Assembly (NCBI RefSeq): GCF_033153115.1
Contig: NW_026889794.1
Coordinates: 2,170,001 to 2,234,000, forward strand
Reading direction: 5' to 3'
Origin: Saccostrea echinata
Taxonomy: Eukaryota
DNA: 64,000 nucleotides
Positions 62,709 through 64,000 of this stretch are shown piece by piece (position 1 is the first letter of the stretch; the number at the start of each line of letters is the position of its first letter). The notes below the pieces were generated by a model that was given only the letters and a program-made list of their open reading frames with translations, ran no database searches and was not told where the DNA came from. Made by a program: the position numbers and the translations under genes.

Positions 62709-64000
62709 GAGATTTAACTGTGGAACATCTTCACTGGATAGTTGTTTGTTGTGGGAGTATTTTTAATGTTCAGAAAGTGAAAAAAGACAAATGCTGGAAC
62801 ATTGACTTACAAATTAATTTTTGAACATCACAACTTCATCCATTCTCTTCACCAAGATGGAATCAATTTCAAGGACATGTATAAAGTTGTTGTGTCAATT
62901 TTAATATGAATCATATTACCAAAATGTATCCTCATTTTCATCATGTTGTAAGATATGAAATAAATCTTAATTTCAGTTATGACATTAAATATGTTCATTG
63001 TGATACATAACATCATTGCTTTAAATAAAAATTACAGGGATGAATAGGAAAACGAAAGTTCCTATATAAAAGAATGTTATTAATTCTTTCTCCGTTGTGG
63101 GAAAAATATAATGGACATGATTTTTTTTCTTCTCTACATGTATGTTGCAATCAAAAGAATATAGTGAAGATGTGAATATTTTTTTGACTGATGAGAAACA
63201 TTGGTTTTAGTAGGGGGAAGCTATTAAGAATTCCAAGTCATTCGAAAGCGCAGGATAATGACTAAGAGTTTTAATAAATGTATTTTTAGAACATTTAGAC
63301 TCTCTAGCTTTGAGTTGATCATGCTTAAATGTTTCAGTTTCTTATTGTCCAGAACTAATGATTGTCCAATTTTAATAAAATGTGAACAAAATGATATAAA
63401 TAAAGTTCAAATGCTGTTCAAAGGGAGATCATTTAGAAAATAGATTTCCTCGAGATAGCTCTAAAGTAAACAACATAAGGGTAATGGATTCTTACTGAAG
63501 GGAACTCTTTATATTTAGAAAAAATTGGTCTTTGTCTAGAAAATGCTGCTTGTATTTTTTTTATATGAAAAAAAGAACACTTCCCCCAAAATTTGATTTA
63601 AATTTCATAGAGTTAATGACAACCAAAATTACGTACATTATACCTGAAAGTAATCAACCTTGATGGAGTTTACATAAAATGTGATTTAACCTTGACCTTT
63701 GACTAGGTTCAAACACTGCACACCTTGAGGTATGCATCTGGTGAGGAATGAACTAATCTTAAATAAGGACAGACATATATTTACCAAAAAGTTTTATTTT
63801 GACCACCAATGATTTTAAAACTTGGCTCAAGGTCAGTACACACCAATTTATCCAAGGGCACTTTTTAGATGAAGTATGGTCAAGATTAGGCCAAGATATG
63901 AAGAAAATCTCTTCTGGACACAAGTTTTATGCAGAGACTTGTTTTGAAGCAGAAAAGAAAAATTTTACACAAATGTTGACTTTGACTTAGAAATTTTGAT

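Overview
AT-rich eukaryotic (intron-containing) genomic DNA, most likely an oyster (Crassostrea/Magallana-type bivalve), judged from Cg170-like 166-bp repeats inside Helentron-type elements and a high TACATGTA frequency. I reconstructed seven spliced genes by hand with GT-AG boundaries and consistent phases: TNPO3 (-, 23 exons, runs off the left edge), WASHC3/CCDC53 (+), BTBD10/KCTD20 (-), an atypical caveolin (+), DYNLT1/Tctex-1 (+), CCDC174 (-) and TAF12 (+). They form three head-to-head pairs. Introns are filled with non-autonomous DNA transposons (Tc1/pogo-like, hAT-like, AcademH-like, Sola3-like, a MULE foldback with a PHD-finger exon remnant, Helentron/HINE). Most notable: (1) DYNLT1 has a tandemly duplicated, diverged but intact 78-nt exon, a candidate mutually exclusive exon pair; (2) a ~1.1-kb minisatellite made of 5' splice-site copies starts exactly at a TNPO3 donor; (3) the caveolin has a degenerate signature and a ~95-aa C-terminal tail. 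Most ORFs in the supplied track are spurious or exon read-throughs. There are two N gaps (29810-29964, 34666-34799).
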